Below, one piece after another: positions 7,872 through 17,269 of a stretch of DNA of 64,000 nucleotides (position 1 is the stretch's first letter; every line of letters starts with the position of its first letter). The notes beneath the pieces are model-generated. The model made no database searches. It was given only the letters and a program-made list of their open reading frames with translations, and was not told the origin of the DNA. The position numbers were made by a program, and so were the translations under genes. Source of the DNA: a virus (lineage: Duplodnaviria; Caudoviricetes); the IMG/VR virus record IMGVR_UViG_3300011008_001623, positions 4,412-68,411 of that record; one strand, 5' to 3'.

Positions 7872-8603
7872 ATGAATACAAATATTCGTTGCAAACAGAT
7901 GTTTGGGAAACAATATAGAAAACAAAGATCTTGGGATTTATTTGTTTATTTAGCAAAAGATATTGCTAAAGACTTAAAAATTTGTTTGAAGACAAATAAA
8001 TCTAAAAACGATATTAACTATAATGGAGAAATTATCTCTATAAATGATTGGAAAAAAATCTTAAGAGATATGTATTGGAGTTTTGACCAAACTGCACGTG
8101 ATTATCCTTCTTCTCCATGGAATATTCAATGGGAAATTTATTGGAAACAATATGGCCAATATCGTGCATTTGAAGATTGGACGGAAGAACGCGACGGTCA
8201 TACTTATTATAAAAATGATGACCGGTTTGTTCCACCTAATAGAGATTTAGAAAAAGTTTATTATGACCAAGTTCAATATGGTTTAGATTTGTTTTCAAAA
8301 TATTTTGTGCAGTTGGTTCAATATGATAAACATTTTTACCATTATCCAGAAAAAATTGCAAATGATTTACGTGCATTTAAAATGTACAATATACATGGCA
8401 TACCTGCAGATTTTGTTGATAATATTGATATTTGTTCTTCTGAAAAAATTGACGATAGAACAGAAAAAGGAGAAAAAAAATGGCATGAAGCAGTAGGAAA
8501 AATGTATCAGGCTTTTTATAATATTTCTCAAAAAAAATATGTTGAAGAAAATAATGATGGTTTAATGTTATTTGCTAAACATTATTCGAATTTGTGGGAC
8601 TAA
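7872..8603 (+). CDS. hypothetical protein with an internally duplicated domain
   Basis: Two copies of IA.DL...W......MY..F...GL.LF.K.(F/Y)..L. Confidence 0.8.
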   Translation: MNTNIRCKQMFGKQYRKQRSWDLFVYLAKDIAKDLKICLKTNKSKNDINYNGEIISINDWKKILRDMYWSFDQTARDYPSSPWNIQWEIYWKQYGQYRAFEDWTEERDGHTYYKNDDRFVPPNRDLEKVYYDQVQYGLDLFSKYFVQLVQYDKHFYHYPEKIANDLRAFKMYNIHGIPADFVDNIDICSSEKIDDRTEKGEKKWHEAVGKMYQAFYNISQKKYVEENNDGLMLFAKHYSNLWD

Positions 8604-9459
8604 TCAAATGGAATTTAATGATTTGCTTTTTAGAAATAAAGGATTAAAAAAATACACTAAAATCGTACGTTTTGGTGTTAATGGATATGAAATAGAATAT
8701 TTTAAGAATAAATCAAATAAGGTTTATGTATATGATGATTTTGATAAAGGGACGATTATAGAAACAACCGAAGATGGTCTTTGGGATTTAGTTAGAGATG
8801 TTTATTTTGGAAGAAAGATTTATGGTATAGAAAAACATTTTGATAAAATCCTTCCAAATGTATTCGACGGATATGTTACTCATATTTCTGATAGAAAAAA
8901 TAGAGAAAACATATTAAAAAAAGGATTATATCCTAATGGAAGCTTAAGCATGGAAATCATGATGGCTAGTTGTTATTTAGATTCAAAACGTCCAAGAACA
9001 ATTCCTAAGGATTTTTATCGTCAGATGTGTATTTATACTCGACCTGAAGAAACTTATAGTTATTTATATCATTATGATATTGATGCCGAAGAAGATTTAT
9101 ATATTATTGATATAAGTAATTATAATTGGCGGATTGCTAGTGAAGGATTATCTGGATTCTGTATTCCTTCATGGGAAAATGATTGTTTTACTCCTCCAAA
9201 TGATTTAGATAAATTTTGTAAATTATATTGGAAAAATTGTTTTTCAAAAGAAGATTATTTAATGCAAACTAATGAAGTAAAAAAATCAGATAAAAAATGG
9301 GGATTAGATGAAATTCTAGTTCCTAATCATATATCTTCTGATGATATTATTTTAATTGGTACGTTTAAGAATAAACAATTCCATTATTTTGATATCATTA
9401 AACAATTTGCATTAAATAATTTTTATGAAGATTTTAAAGAAAGTAGGAATGATTTTTGA
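8572..9459 (+). CDS. hypothetical protein with an ADP-ribosyltransferase-like fold (probable start ATG 8608)
   Basis: THISDRKNRENILKKGLYP, IYTRP and DEILVPNHI pattern. Confidence 0.55.
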   Translation: MLNIIRICGTNQMEFNDLLFRNKGLKKYTKIVRFGVNGYEIEYFKNKSNKVYVYDDFDKGTIIETTEDGLWDLVRDVYFGRKIYGIEKHFDKILPNVFDGYVTHISDRKNRENILKKGLYPNGSLSMEIMMASCYLDSKRPRTIPKDFYRQMCIYTRPEETYSYLYHYDIDAEEDLYIIDISNYNWRIASEGLSGFCIPSWENDCFTPPNDLDKFCKLYWKNCFSKEDYLMQTNEVKKSDKKWGLDEILVPNHISSDDIILIGTFKNKQFHYFDIIKQFALNNFYEDFKESRNDF

Positions 9460-9740
9460 ATAGTGAAATCTATACCATTACTGTTTTTTCAGATATGTTA
9501 CATTTAAGATGTATGGGATTTTTCTATAATTTAGATAAAGCTATTTTTGCAGTAACACATAATGATTTAGATATTTTTGAAGATGGTTATGATTATGCTG
9601 TTATTGAGAAGTTTCCTGAAGGATTATATCCTAATGGAAAAGTAATTGGTTATTATGAATTTGACGAAGATAAAGAAGGATATATTCCTTGTAAAACGCC
9701 AAAAGGTTTTGATTCGATTTCTAATTTTGCTTTGGGGTGA
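9456..9740 (+). CDS. hypothetical protein
   Basis: 94 aa ORF with overlapping start and stop. Confidence 0.75.
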   Translation: MNSEIYTITVFSDMLHLRCMGFFYNLDKAIFAVTHNDLDIFEDGYDYAVIEKFPEGLYPNGKVIGYYEFDEDKEGYIPCKTPKGFDSISNFALG

Positions 9741-9745
9741 TTAAT

Positions 9746-10084
9746 TTGAAAATAAGAAATGATTTTGTGACAAATTCTAGTTCTAGTTGTTTTGTTATTG
9801 CAGTGAAAAATGAAGAAATTTCCAATGATGCAAAAATATTGTTAGATGCAATTCTTTCATGTAGTTGGGAAGATACAGATTGTGCTACTCTTCTTAAAGA
9901 TGAAAAGAAAGCTGAAGAATATTATTTGAGTGATAGTGATATTGAAGAAATTAAACATTATATGGATAATGATTGGAATGTATATGTAAAATATATTTCA
10001 TATGAAGATGGCGCGGTTTCTGATATTCTTGAAACACTTAATGCGAAACTTGATACTATTAAAATTTTATCAAGTTTGTATTAA
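9746..10084 (+). CDS. second FVTNSSSS-leader protein
   Basis: TTG start gives MKIRNDFVTNSSSSCF; remainder unrelated to 7496..7867. Confidence 0.8.
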   Translation: MKIRNDFVTNSSSSCFVIAVKNEEISNDAKILLDAILSCSWEDTDCATLLKDEKKAEEYYLSDSDIEEIKHYMDNDWNVYVKYISYEDGAVSDILETLNAKLDTIKILSSLY

Positions 10085-10171
10085 TAAAAGCAGGCATAAT
10101 TTTTGCCTGCTTTTTCTATTTACATTTATGTTGATATGTGTTATAATGAAAAAATAAAGGAGGAGAAAACT

Positions 10172-11245
10172 ATGTTTTCAGAATACATTAATCAAAAATT
10201 AATTACTCGTAGAAAACAAAGAGAAGAAAAACGTAATGTAAATCAAACTTCTCAAGTAGTTAAAGAATTAATCAATGACTTAAAACAACATAAAAATTGG
10301 AAGAAAATTTCTATTGGGAATGTTATAGAACAATACAATATTCCGGTATTAAATCGTTATCGATTAATTTACGAATTAGAATCAAATCCTCACATTATTT
10401 CAAGACCTTCACAACAATCAAAAATTGAAAATGAAATTGCGCATACGATTCCTTTTGAATATAAATATGTGAGCAAAAGAGAAAAAGAAGATTTAAATTG
10501 TAATGCTAATTGTTTTAGAAAAATTGTAGGAGAGAGAAAAACATTTATTGTAGAACGTTTTTCTAAGTACAAAACAGATTTGTCTCTATACGATCGATTA
10601 ACTGTATTGAATACGTTGTATTCGCATAGCGCAGATAAAAAATTCGTAAAACTTTCATTAGCAAAATTGTTAGATGAAATTGGAATAGATATAGAAAAAT
10701 TTGCACAAGTAATTGATTATTTACAAGAATGTAAATTGTTGGTTATAAAAAATATTGAATATCAAAAAAACGGATTAACTTTTATTTGTAAAATTACGAA
10801 AAACGAAAATGGGTTTTGGTTATTAAGTAAATTGGAATTAAAGAATACGATTAAAATGATTTATGATAATACAAATCCAGTAAAAACAAAACCTAGAAAT
10901 AAAGAAAAAGTAAATCCACCTCCTAAATCAATTGGTATTGATGAATGTAAAAAGCTTTTAACTAAATTTAGTCAAGAAAATTTGGATTTAAGAGATGAAG
11001 TGAAAATTCTTGAAAAACGAGAAGAACAATACAAAGAGAAAGAAAAGAAGTTAAGTGATTTTTATGACGAGTATCAAGGTTATTGTTTTGATTGTTTAAC
11101 TGAGTTTTTAGGAAATACAATTAATTCAATTAGAAATGAAATAACTACGCATCCTGAACATGAACAATATTTACGTAAATTAAACAAGAATATTTTAGAT
11201 TTAGGTTCAGATTTTTCCAACAAGTTAATTAATTACTCAAAATAA
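10172..11245 (+). CDS. hypothetical protein (possible DNA-binding protein with coiled coil)
   Basis: ATG 10172 after AGGAGG; own promoter TTTACA-N17-TATAAT at 10119-10147. Confidence 0.8.
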   Translation: MFSEYINQKLITRRKQREEKRNVNQTSQVVKELINDLKQHKNWKKISIGNVIEQYNIPVLNRYRLIYELESNPHIISRPSQQSKIENEIAHTIPFEYKYVSKREKEDLNCNANCFRKIVGERKTFIVERFSKYKTDLSLYDRLTVLNTLYSHSADKKFVKLSLAKLLDEIGIDIEKFAQVIDYLQECKLLVIKNIEYQKNGLTFICKITKNENGFWLLSKLELKNTIKMIYDNTNPVKTKPRNKEKVNPPPKSIGIDECKKLLTKFSQENLDLRDEVKILEKREEQYKEKEKKLSDFYDEYQGYCFDCLTEFLGNTINSIRNEITTHPEHEQYLRKLNKNILDLGSDFSNKLINYSK

Positions 11246-11322
11246 AAAAGACTCCTTTATGGAGTCTTTTTCTATTTACATTATTCACTGAATATGTTAT
11301 AATAGATTCAAGAGGTGATAAA

Positions 11323-11874
11323 ATGAAATTAATTAATATTTGGAAACATTTTAAGAAAATTTGCATACATAAATTTTATGTAGCTAAATTTTGTTTTCAG
11401 GCTGGACTTTACTATCAAGGAATCATGCATGATATGTCAAAATTCAGTCCTACAGAATTCATAGAATCAGTAAAATATTATAGAGGTTATAAGTCTCCTA
11501 TAGATGCTTGTAAAAAAATTAATGGGTACTCTAAAGCATGGCTTCATCATAAAGGGAGAAATCCTCATCATTACCAGTATTGGTGTGATAATTTTGATGA
11601 TTATAGAAAAAAAGGATTAACATTAATTCCTATGCCTTATGAATACGCAGTAGAAATGTTATGTGATTACTTGGGTGCGGCACATGCATATAATGGTTCA
11701 AAATTCACGTTTAAAGGTGAATACGAATGGTGGAAGAAAAAACAGCATGCCGCAATGCATGAAAATACAAAACGATTTATTGACAAATGTTTGTTCATTA
11801 TGATGAAGGAAAATTCTTCAAGATTACTTTCGTCCAATAGATTAAAACAACTTTATAACAAATACAATAAATAA
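11323..11874 (+). CDS. HD-superfamily phosphohydrolase (DUF5662-like)
   Basis: HK...HDMSKFSPTEF...HHKGRNPHHYQYW...EMLCD; promoter at 11275-11303. Confidence 0.8.
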   Translation: MKLINIWKHFKKICIHKFYVAKFCFQAGLYYQGIMHDMSKFSPTEFIESVKYYRGYKSPIDACKKINGYSKAWLHHKGRNPHHYQYWCDNFDDYRKKGLTLIPMPYEYAVEMLCDYLGAAHAYNGSKFTFKGEYEWWKKKQHAAMHENTKRFIDKCLFIMMKENSSRLLSSNRLKQLYNKYNK

Positions 11875-11945
11875 GACTTCAATTTTTTGAAGTCTTTTTT
11901 TTTATCTATAACATTATTTTTTAATTAGAAGGAAGTGATGTTCAG

Positions 11946-13862
11946 GTGTCAAAACACATCTTAAAAATATCTGATAATAAATATGAAACAAATAGATTTT
12001 GTCCAATATGTGAATGTATTGATAAAATTTATGATAAAATAAAAACACAAGAAGATATAGAAAATCTAGAAACATTACTGGTAAATGGTTATGGTTTGGT
12101 AGATGTGTTAGAAGCAAACAACATGACTTCAAAATACAAATACCTACAAAATATTCCTAGTTATCATGATGATATATATAATAAAGCATTAGCTCAAATT
12201 GGAAACAAAGATACAATTTATAATTCATATAATGCAATGTCACCATCTTTATTATTTGGAAGATGGTGTAAAAATTGTGGAAGCCGGAAACATGATATAT
12301 ATGATTCAACTTTTAATTCTGATTTTTCATCAAAAATTGAATTTGATTATGATACACAAACTTTATTTTGGAATGATATTCATTTTGATTTTGATTATTC
12401 TTATAGAATATCAAGAAAAGATGATTTAGGTGAAAAAGTAGTATTAGCAACAACAAAACAATTATACTATCAAGATGAATTAAAAGATGGAAGATTGTAT
12501 CTTTATCAAATAGAAGTTTTAGATGAATTAAATAATGTTGTTCATACAATGAATAAATATGTATTAATTCCAAGTTTAGACCATACACCTAAAACGATTC
12601 CTATTGAATATAGGATTCATAGAGCTTTGAAAGAAAGCGAATCTGGATATATTCCTTATGATTATATGTATATACGTTATGATGATTCTGATGAAAATCT
12701 GGATAAAGTATTAGTGAAAGTAAATGATGATCACGTACCATCAAAAACATATTGGGTTCATGATTTATATTTCCATGATAATAAATTTGATTTTCCAGAT
12801 GACCGGACATATTTTGCAAAACCATACTTGATATCAAAAAAATTTAAACAAAAAGATAAAGAAGATCATTGGTATTATCCTCATTTATATTTTTGGAATG
12901 AAAGCATTCCGCCTGTTTTGATTAAAAAAGAAAAGTGGTATGAAGATAATATTTATAATCTCAATTTTACTCCTGATGACCGTCAAATGACGATTACATT
13001 TTCAGTAAAATTGCCACATAATATTAAGCAATTTCATTTGTATTTTAAGCAAGGAGAAGAATTGATTACAGATTCTAATGATACATTTAAGCATATTACA
13101 TTTACCGCTAAAAAATATATTGAAGATTATGTTATTACAATTAATCATCTTGCATCAAATTCAAAATGGAGTTTTGCTATATTTCCCGAATATGAAACAT
13201 ATGATGAAGATATAAGAGAAGAATACCAGTCAACAAATTTTATTACTCCTACTTATGAATTAGACCAATATTTTACGAAACCTGAAGATTTTTATGATAT
13301 TAATCATTGGCATTTAGCTAAAGATTTCTCATATTATGATAATTATAATAAAGTTTATTCTTGTGATGATCGAGATATAGTTTGGCAATGTGACCAATTA
13401 CCTTATCATGACGTAGGAGTATTATTAATACACAATTTAATTGTACCAGAATTTTTTACATTATCATATGACTATAAGTTTTTAGATAAAAATTCTGATG
13501 ATGTTTTTAATATGTTTTATAATTTCAATCTTGAACATCGTATCGGATTTATACATTCACAATGGCATTCATTCAGTAAATTATATGAAAATCAAAGACA
13601 ATATATTATTAGATGGGAAGTTATGAGACATGCTCATTCAAGACAAACATGTGCTTTTTTAGATAATATTCATATTAAAGCACATCCAATTATTGATACA
13701 TATTTAGATAATTTTACTTATGAAGAAGACATAAAATTAAAAGATTTATTTTACTATAATAAAAAATTTAGGCATAACGGAAAGTATCGTCATTCGCCTA
13801 AACGTTATTTTCATATGAATGTAAATATAAATCCTTATACAATAAATGATATTCAAGATTAA
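11946..13862 (+). CDS. putative virion structural protein (tail/baseplate associated)
   Basis: 638 aa, heads the fibre cluster; beta-rich; C-terminal YNKKFRHNGKYRH aromatic-Gly motif. Confidence 0.5.
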   Translation: MSKHILKISDNKYETNRFCPICECIDKIYDKIKTQEDIENLETLLVNGYGLVDVLEANNMTSKYKYLQNIPSYHDDIYNKALAQIGNKDTIYNSYNAMSPSLLFGRWCKNCGSRKHDIYDSTFNSDFSSKIEFDYDTQTLFWNDIHFDFDYSYRISRKDDLGEKVVLATTKQLYYQDELKDGRLYLYQIEVLDELNNVVHTMNKYVLIPSLDHTPKTIPIEYRIHRALKESESGYIPYDYMYIRYDDSDENLDKVLVKVNDDHVPSKTYWVHDLYFHDNKFDFPDDRTYFAKPYLISKKFKQKDKEDHWYYPHLYFWNESIPPVLIKKEKWYEDNIYNLNFTPDDRQMTITFSVKLPHNIKQFHLYFKQGEELITDSNDTFKHITFTAKKYIEDYVITINHLASNSKWSFAIFPEYETYDEDIREEYQSTNFITPTYELDQYFTKPEDFYDINHWHLAKDFSYYDNYNKVYSCDDRDIVWQCDQLPYHDVGVLLIHNLIVPEFFTLSYDYKFLDKNSDDVFNMFYNFNLEHRIGFIHSQWHSFSKLYENQRQYIIRWEVMRHAHSRQTCAFLDNIHIKAHPIIDTYLDNFTYEEDIKLKDLFYYNKKFRHNGKYRHSPKRYFHMNVNINPYTINDIQD

Positions 13863-13867
13863 GGCAG

Positions 13868-16444
13868 GTGAGATATATGGCATATTTGGTTGAAACTGGA
13901 GTGTACGAGCCAGCCATAACGAAGGTAAATGATACCTTGAACGATGAATCGAATCTGCAGTTAGCCAACCGTACAAAATACTTAAATAATGCATTAAATA
14001 ATTTAACTAATTATTTAGGTACGTTAAAAGATACTCAAGATTTAAAAATAGAAGAACTAAGCAATCGAATCAATTCTATAAAAGCAGTTATTGGTGATGG
14101 AGGAAGCTCTTCAAGTATTTCAACCAGTGACGATGTAGTTCGTGCAGTTAATAAATTATTAGAAGATGTACAGAACTTACAAGATTTAGTTGATAATCAT
14201 ACACACAATTATGCAGGCGCATCAACTCCAGGTGGTCCGGCATTACAAGTAGATATTGTAGATGACCAAGTCAATTCATTATCATTGCTTGGAACAGACT
14301 CCATGAATACATCAAAAGTAAAAAGAAATACAAACATATATATGGAAGAAAATGGTCTACATGCAGATGTATTTTATGGAAATTTACAAGGCGAAGCTTT
14401 GGAAACAGTAAAACTTTCACATTCTCCAAAAATATCTTTAATTGGAGATGTATTAGGTAATGCAGAATTTGCTGGAGATAAAGATATTTCTATTAATGCT
14501 ACATTAAAAGAACAAAATATCACTCCAGGACAATACGGTGAAGCTTCTAACAAACAACTTGATGTTGATGGGAATATTATTGTTCCGAATATAACCGTTG
14601 GTTCTGATGGTGTTATTACAGGAATTCAGAATCAAGTAATTTCTTTACCTGAAGGATTAAATATTACAGGTGTTATCTCAACAACACAAGATTCTAGGAA
14701 ATTGTTTTTAGTTGGTGCAGATGAACAAAGCGACTCTGCACATACACATAGTCAACAAGGTGTTTATGAATATAATAATAAGTTATATTCTAATAATGAT
14801 GAAGTTGCTACATTAAATCAAATTCAGAATTTAGAAAATAAAACCATAAATGGATTTTATATAGATGAATCTGCAGCCAGAAAAGTAGATAATACAATTG
14901 GCGGTACAGAAAATTCCGATGCATTGATTACATCAGATGCAGTATATAAACATACTCATAATTATGCTGGTGCAAATTATCCTGGTGGGCCTGCTACAAA
15001 AGTAGAAATTCATAATAGTGATGATACTCATCAATCTATTGTTACTCAAAAATCAGAAGAATTATATCAATCTCAAATAAAAGCTTCTAATATAGAATTA
15101 GTGGCTCCCAATATTGTTGCTAAAAATAATATGACTATTCCTGGCGGTAAAATTTGGATTGAAAATGTAGATTCAGAATCTGGTGGAGGAACAATTTCCC
15201 CTGCAGAATTTTTAAATCCTGATGAATATTTTCAAAGAATTACCACAGAACAGATTCAATATGGTGTAAAAACAGTTCCGGGAAAATTAATGTCATATAA
15301 GACAAATGGATTCGTTTTAGCAGACAATAAAACTCAAGATTTAACCAAAAATTTAGCAATTGTAACTGCTAATCCAGATAATGATAATAAAGCAAAGATG
15401 TTGTTATATGGAAGTTATAATCTTGGAACGTATTATTATGATGGATTAGATGCATATGTAGGTCAACACGGTGGTATTTTATTTGGTGACCCAAGTGGAA
15501 CAAATTTCATAAAAAGGAAAATTGGATATGTAAAAGAAGATAATCTTATTTTTATGCCAGAAGATTTTGGAGCTAGTGAAAGATTAGATTTATTAGAACA
15601 AAATCTAGATGCATATGTACATCCTGACCAAAATTTCACCTGGGAATTAGATGCATATGGAAACTATCAGCCTAAAGAAATTATATCTGGAGACCACATG
15701 TGGAACGTTGATTCTCAAGGTGATATTATGCCTGGAGAACATAATTATCCAAATCCATACTGGGAATGGGAACCAGAGTTTCCAGAAAATATTTGGGCAT
15801 GTGCTACTGCAATTGTTTTCAAAGGAAAAATTTATCTTTCTGAAAAAAATTCTAAAATGGAAATTATTCCACGTAGTTCAATTCCAAGAAAAATTTATTA
15901 TTATGTATTCCAAAATCCAGATGATATTGCTCCTGAAGATGTAAGAGTATGGAAAAATAAAATCAATCCGTATTGGAGAAAAAATGCATATGCATGGTCA
16001 AAGTCAAATCAGATTCATTATATTGGAACTTTGCCAATATGGAATCAACCGACAAAACCATATTGGCCAAAAGATGAATTTGTATGGAAGAAAACTGAAG
16101 AAAATAAAAAATGGACGCAAACTCCAATGTGGGATAATGCATTGGATTCTTATTGGAAATCAGAAACAGATGCTGCATGGAATCCTTACTCATATTATTC
16201 TAGTTATGAAGACGTAAATATGTGGGAATCGCAAAACGCTCCGTATTGGTTATATGATACATTTGAAGAATGGGGAAATCTTACTGCTAATTTATTAGAA
16301 ATAAATGGCGAATATTACAGCATAGATGAATTACTTGAATATCAACAACCATTTTATGTAAAGAAAGGATATTCTGTAGCAGTGTTTGTTGATGTAGAAA
16401 ATGATTTAGAAGTAGATGATGTTATTCTGGTTCGGAATATATAA
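13868..16444 (+). CDS. tail fibre protein A
   Basis: QLANRTKYL N-terminus, coiled coil, two HTHNYAG motifs, W-x2-D-x2-G-(N/D)-x2-P repeats; paralog of 17269..19722; likely start ATG 13877. Confidence 0.75.
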   Translation: MRYMAYLVETGVYEPAITKVNDTLNDESNLQLANRTKYLNNALNNLTNYLGTLKDTQDLKIEELSNRINSIKAVIGDGGSSSSISTSDDVVRAVNKLLEDVQNLQDLVDNHTHNYAGASTPGGPALQVDIVDDQVNSLSLLGTDSMNTSKVKRNTNIYMEENGLHADVFYGNLQGEALETVKLSHSPKISLIGDVLGNAEFAGDKDISINATLKEQNITPGQYGEASNKQLDVDGNIIVPNITVGSDGVITGIQNQVISLPEGLNITGVISTTQDSRKLFLVGADEQSDSAHTHSQQGVYEYNNKLYSNNDEVATLNQIQNLENKTINGFYIDESAARKVDNTIGGTENSDALITSDAVYKHTHNYAGANYPGGPATKVEIHNSDDTHQSIVTQKSEELYQSQIKASNIELVAPNIVAKNNMTIPGGKIWIENVDSESGGGTISPAEFLNPDEYFQRITTEQIQYGVKTVPGKLMSYKTNGFVLADNKTQDLTKNLAIVTANPDNDNKAKMLLYGSYNLGTYYYDGLDAYVGQHGGILFGDPSGTNFIKRKIGYVKEDNLIFMPEDFGASERLDLLEQNLDAYVHPDQNFTWELDAYGNYQPKEIISGDHMWNVDSQGDIMPGEHNYPNPYWEWEPEFPENIWACATAIVFKGKIYLSEKNSKMEIIPRSSIPRKIYYYVFQNPDDIAPEDVRVWKNKINPYWRKNAYAWSKSNQIHYIGTLPIWNQPTKPYWPKDEFVWKKTEENKKWTQTPMWDNALDSYWKSETDAAWNPYSYYSSYEDVNMWESQNAPYWLYDTFEEWGNLTANLLEINGEYYSIDELLEYQQPFYVKKGYSVAVFVDVENDLEVDDVILVRNI

Positions 16445-16456
16445 GGAGATGATTTT

Positions 16457-17269
16457 ATGATTCTCCATATACATAATGATTTAACAAATGAAGATGTAGA
16501 TATTCAAGCATATACTTCTAAAAAATATTTTCCTGAAGAATATTGTATCGCTATAAAAGTAGGTAGAAATACTTATTATATTCCATTAGAAGAATGGAAT
16601 GAATATGATTCTTCTTTACGAGCATATATAGATAAAGAATACCAAGTTGATAAAAATCTTCCAGCAAATATTGTGAATAAATACTTTCCTGGTGGAAATT
16701 TGATTATTCCTCTGGAAGATTTTTATGAAATTTATACTGGATTATTAGGAAAAACTTATGCAGAAAAGCAAGGAGATAAGATTGTTTTTAAAGCTCCTCC
16801 TATAATTTCAGGATTAACAAAATTATTTATATGTGGATTAAATGTTTCAATAACATATAAAGGACAAAATTATACAACATATTATAATGGTTTATCCAAT
16901 AAACCATATAAAAAAGATAATTTGTTTTCTAATATTATGGTAACAAAATTAATTCCTGGATATACATATGAATTATCATATTCAAATACATTTTTAAATT
17001 ATTCATATCATAATGAATTAGTAAAAAATTTTATATTAATTGGATATGATGTAGAAATGTTAAATGAAGAAAGTTGGTGCTATAATCATCTTTATATAAA
17101 TGAAAATTATCATATTTATAAAGATAATTATATTTATAAAATTCCTCGGTATGTTGCAGGACATGAATATATTCAGTTTATTAAAGACCGTTATTTTGAT
17201 AAAAATCATTTGATTTATAATTATTATGTTCTTAAAGAATTAAATTACGAAAGTGAGGTGAAGAATTAA
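16457..17269 (+). CDS. fibre-associated protein A2
   Basis: Paralog of 19719..20786 (GITKMLVIGLNVEISY vs GLTKLFICGLNVSITY; TTYYNG). Confidence 0.65.
   Translation: MILHIHNDLTNEDVDIQAYTSKKYFPEEYCIAIKVGRNTYYIPLEEWNEYDSSLRAYIDKEYQVDKNLPANIVNKYFPGGNLIIPLEDFYEIYTGLLGKTYAEKQGDKIVFKAPPIISGLTKLFICGLNVSITYKGQNYTTYYNGLSNKPYKKDNLFSNIMVTKLIPGYTYELSYSNTFLNYSYHNELVKNFILIGYDVEMLNEESWCYNHLYINENYHIYKDNYIYKIPRYVAGHEYIQFIKDRYFDKNHLIYNYYVLKELNYESEVKN

Noticed and set aside
7872-8603. Internal domain duplication as a novel system
   Set aside because: It looks like a simple tandem fusion of a small phage domain with no further functional clue; kept only as a feature note.
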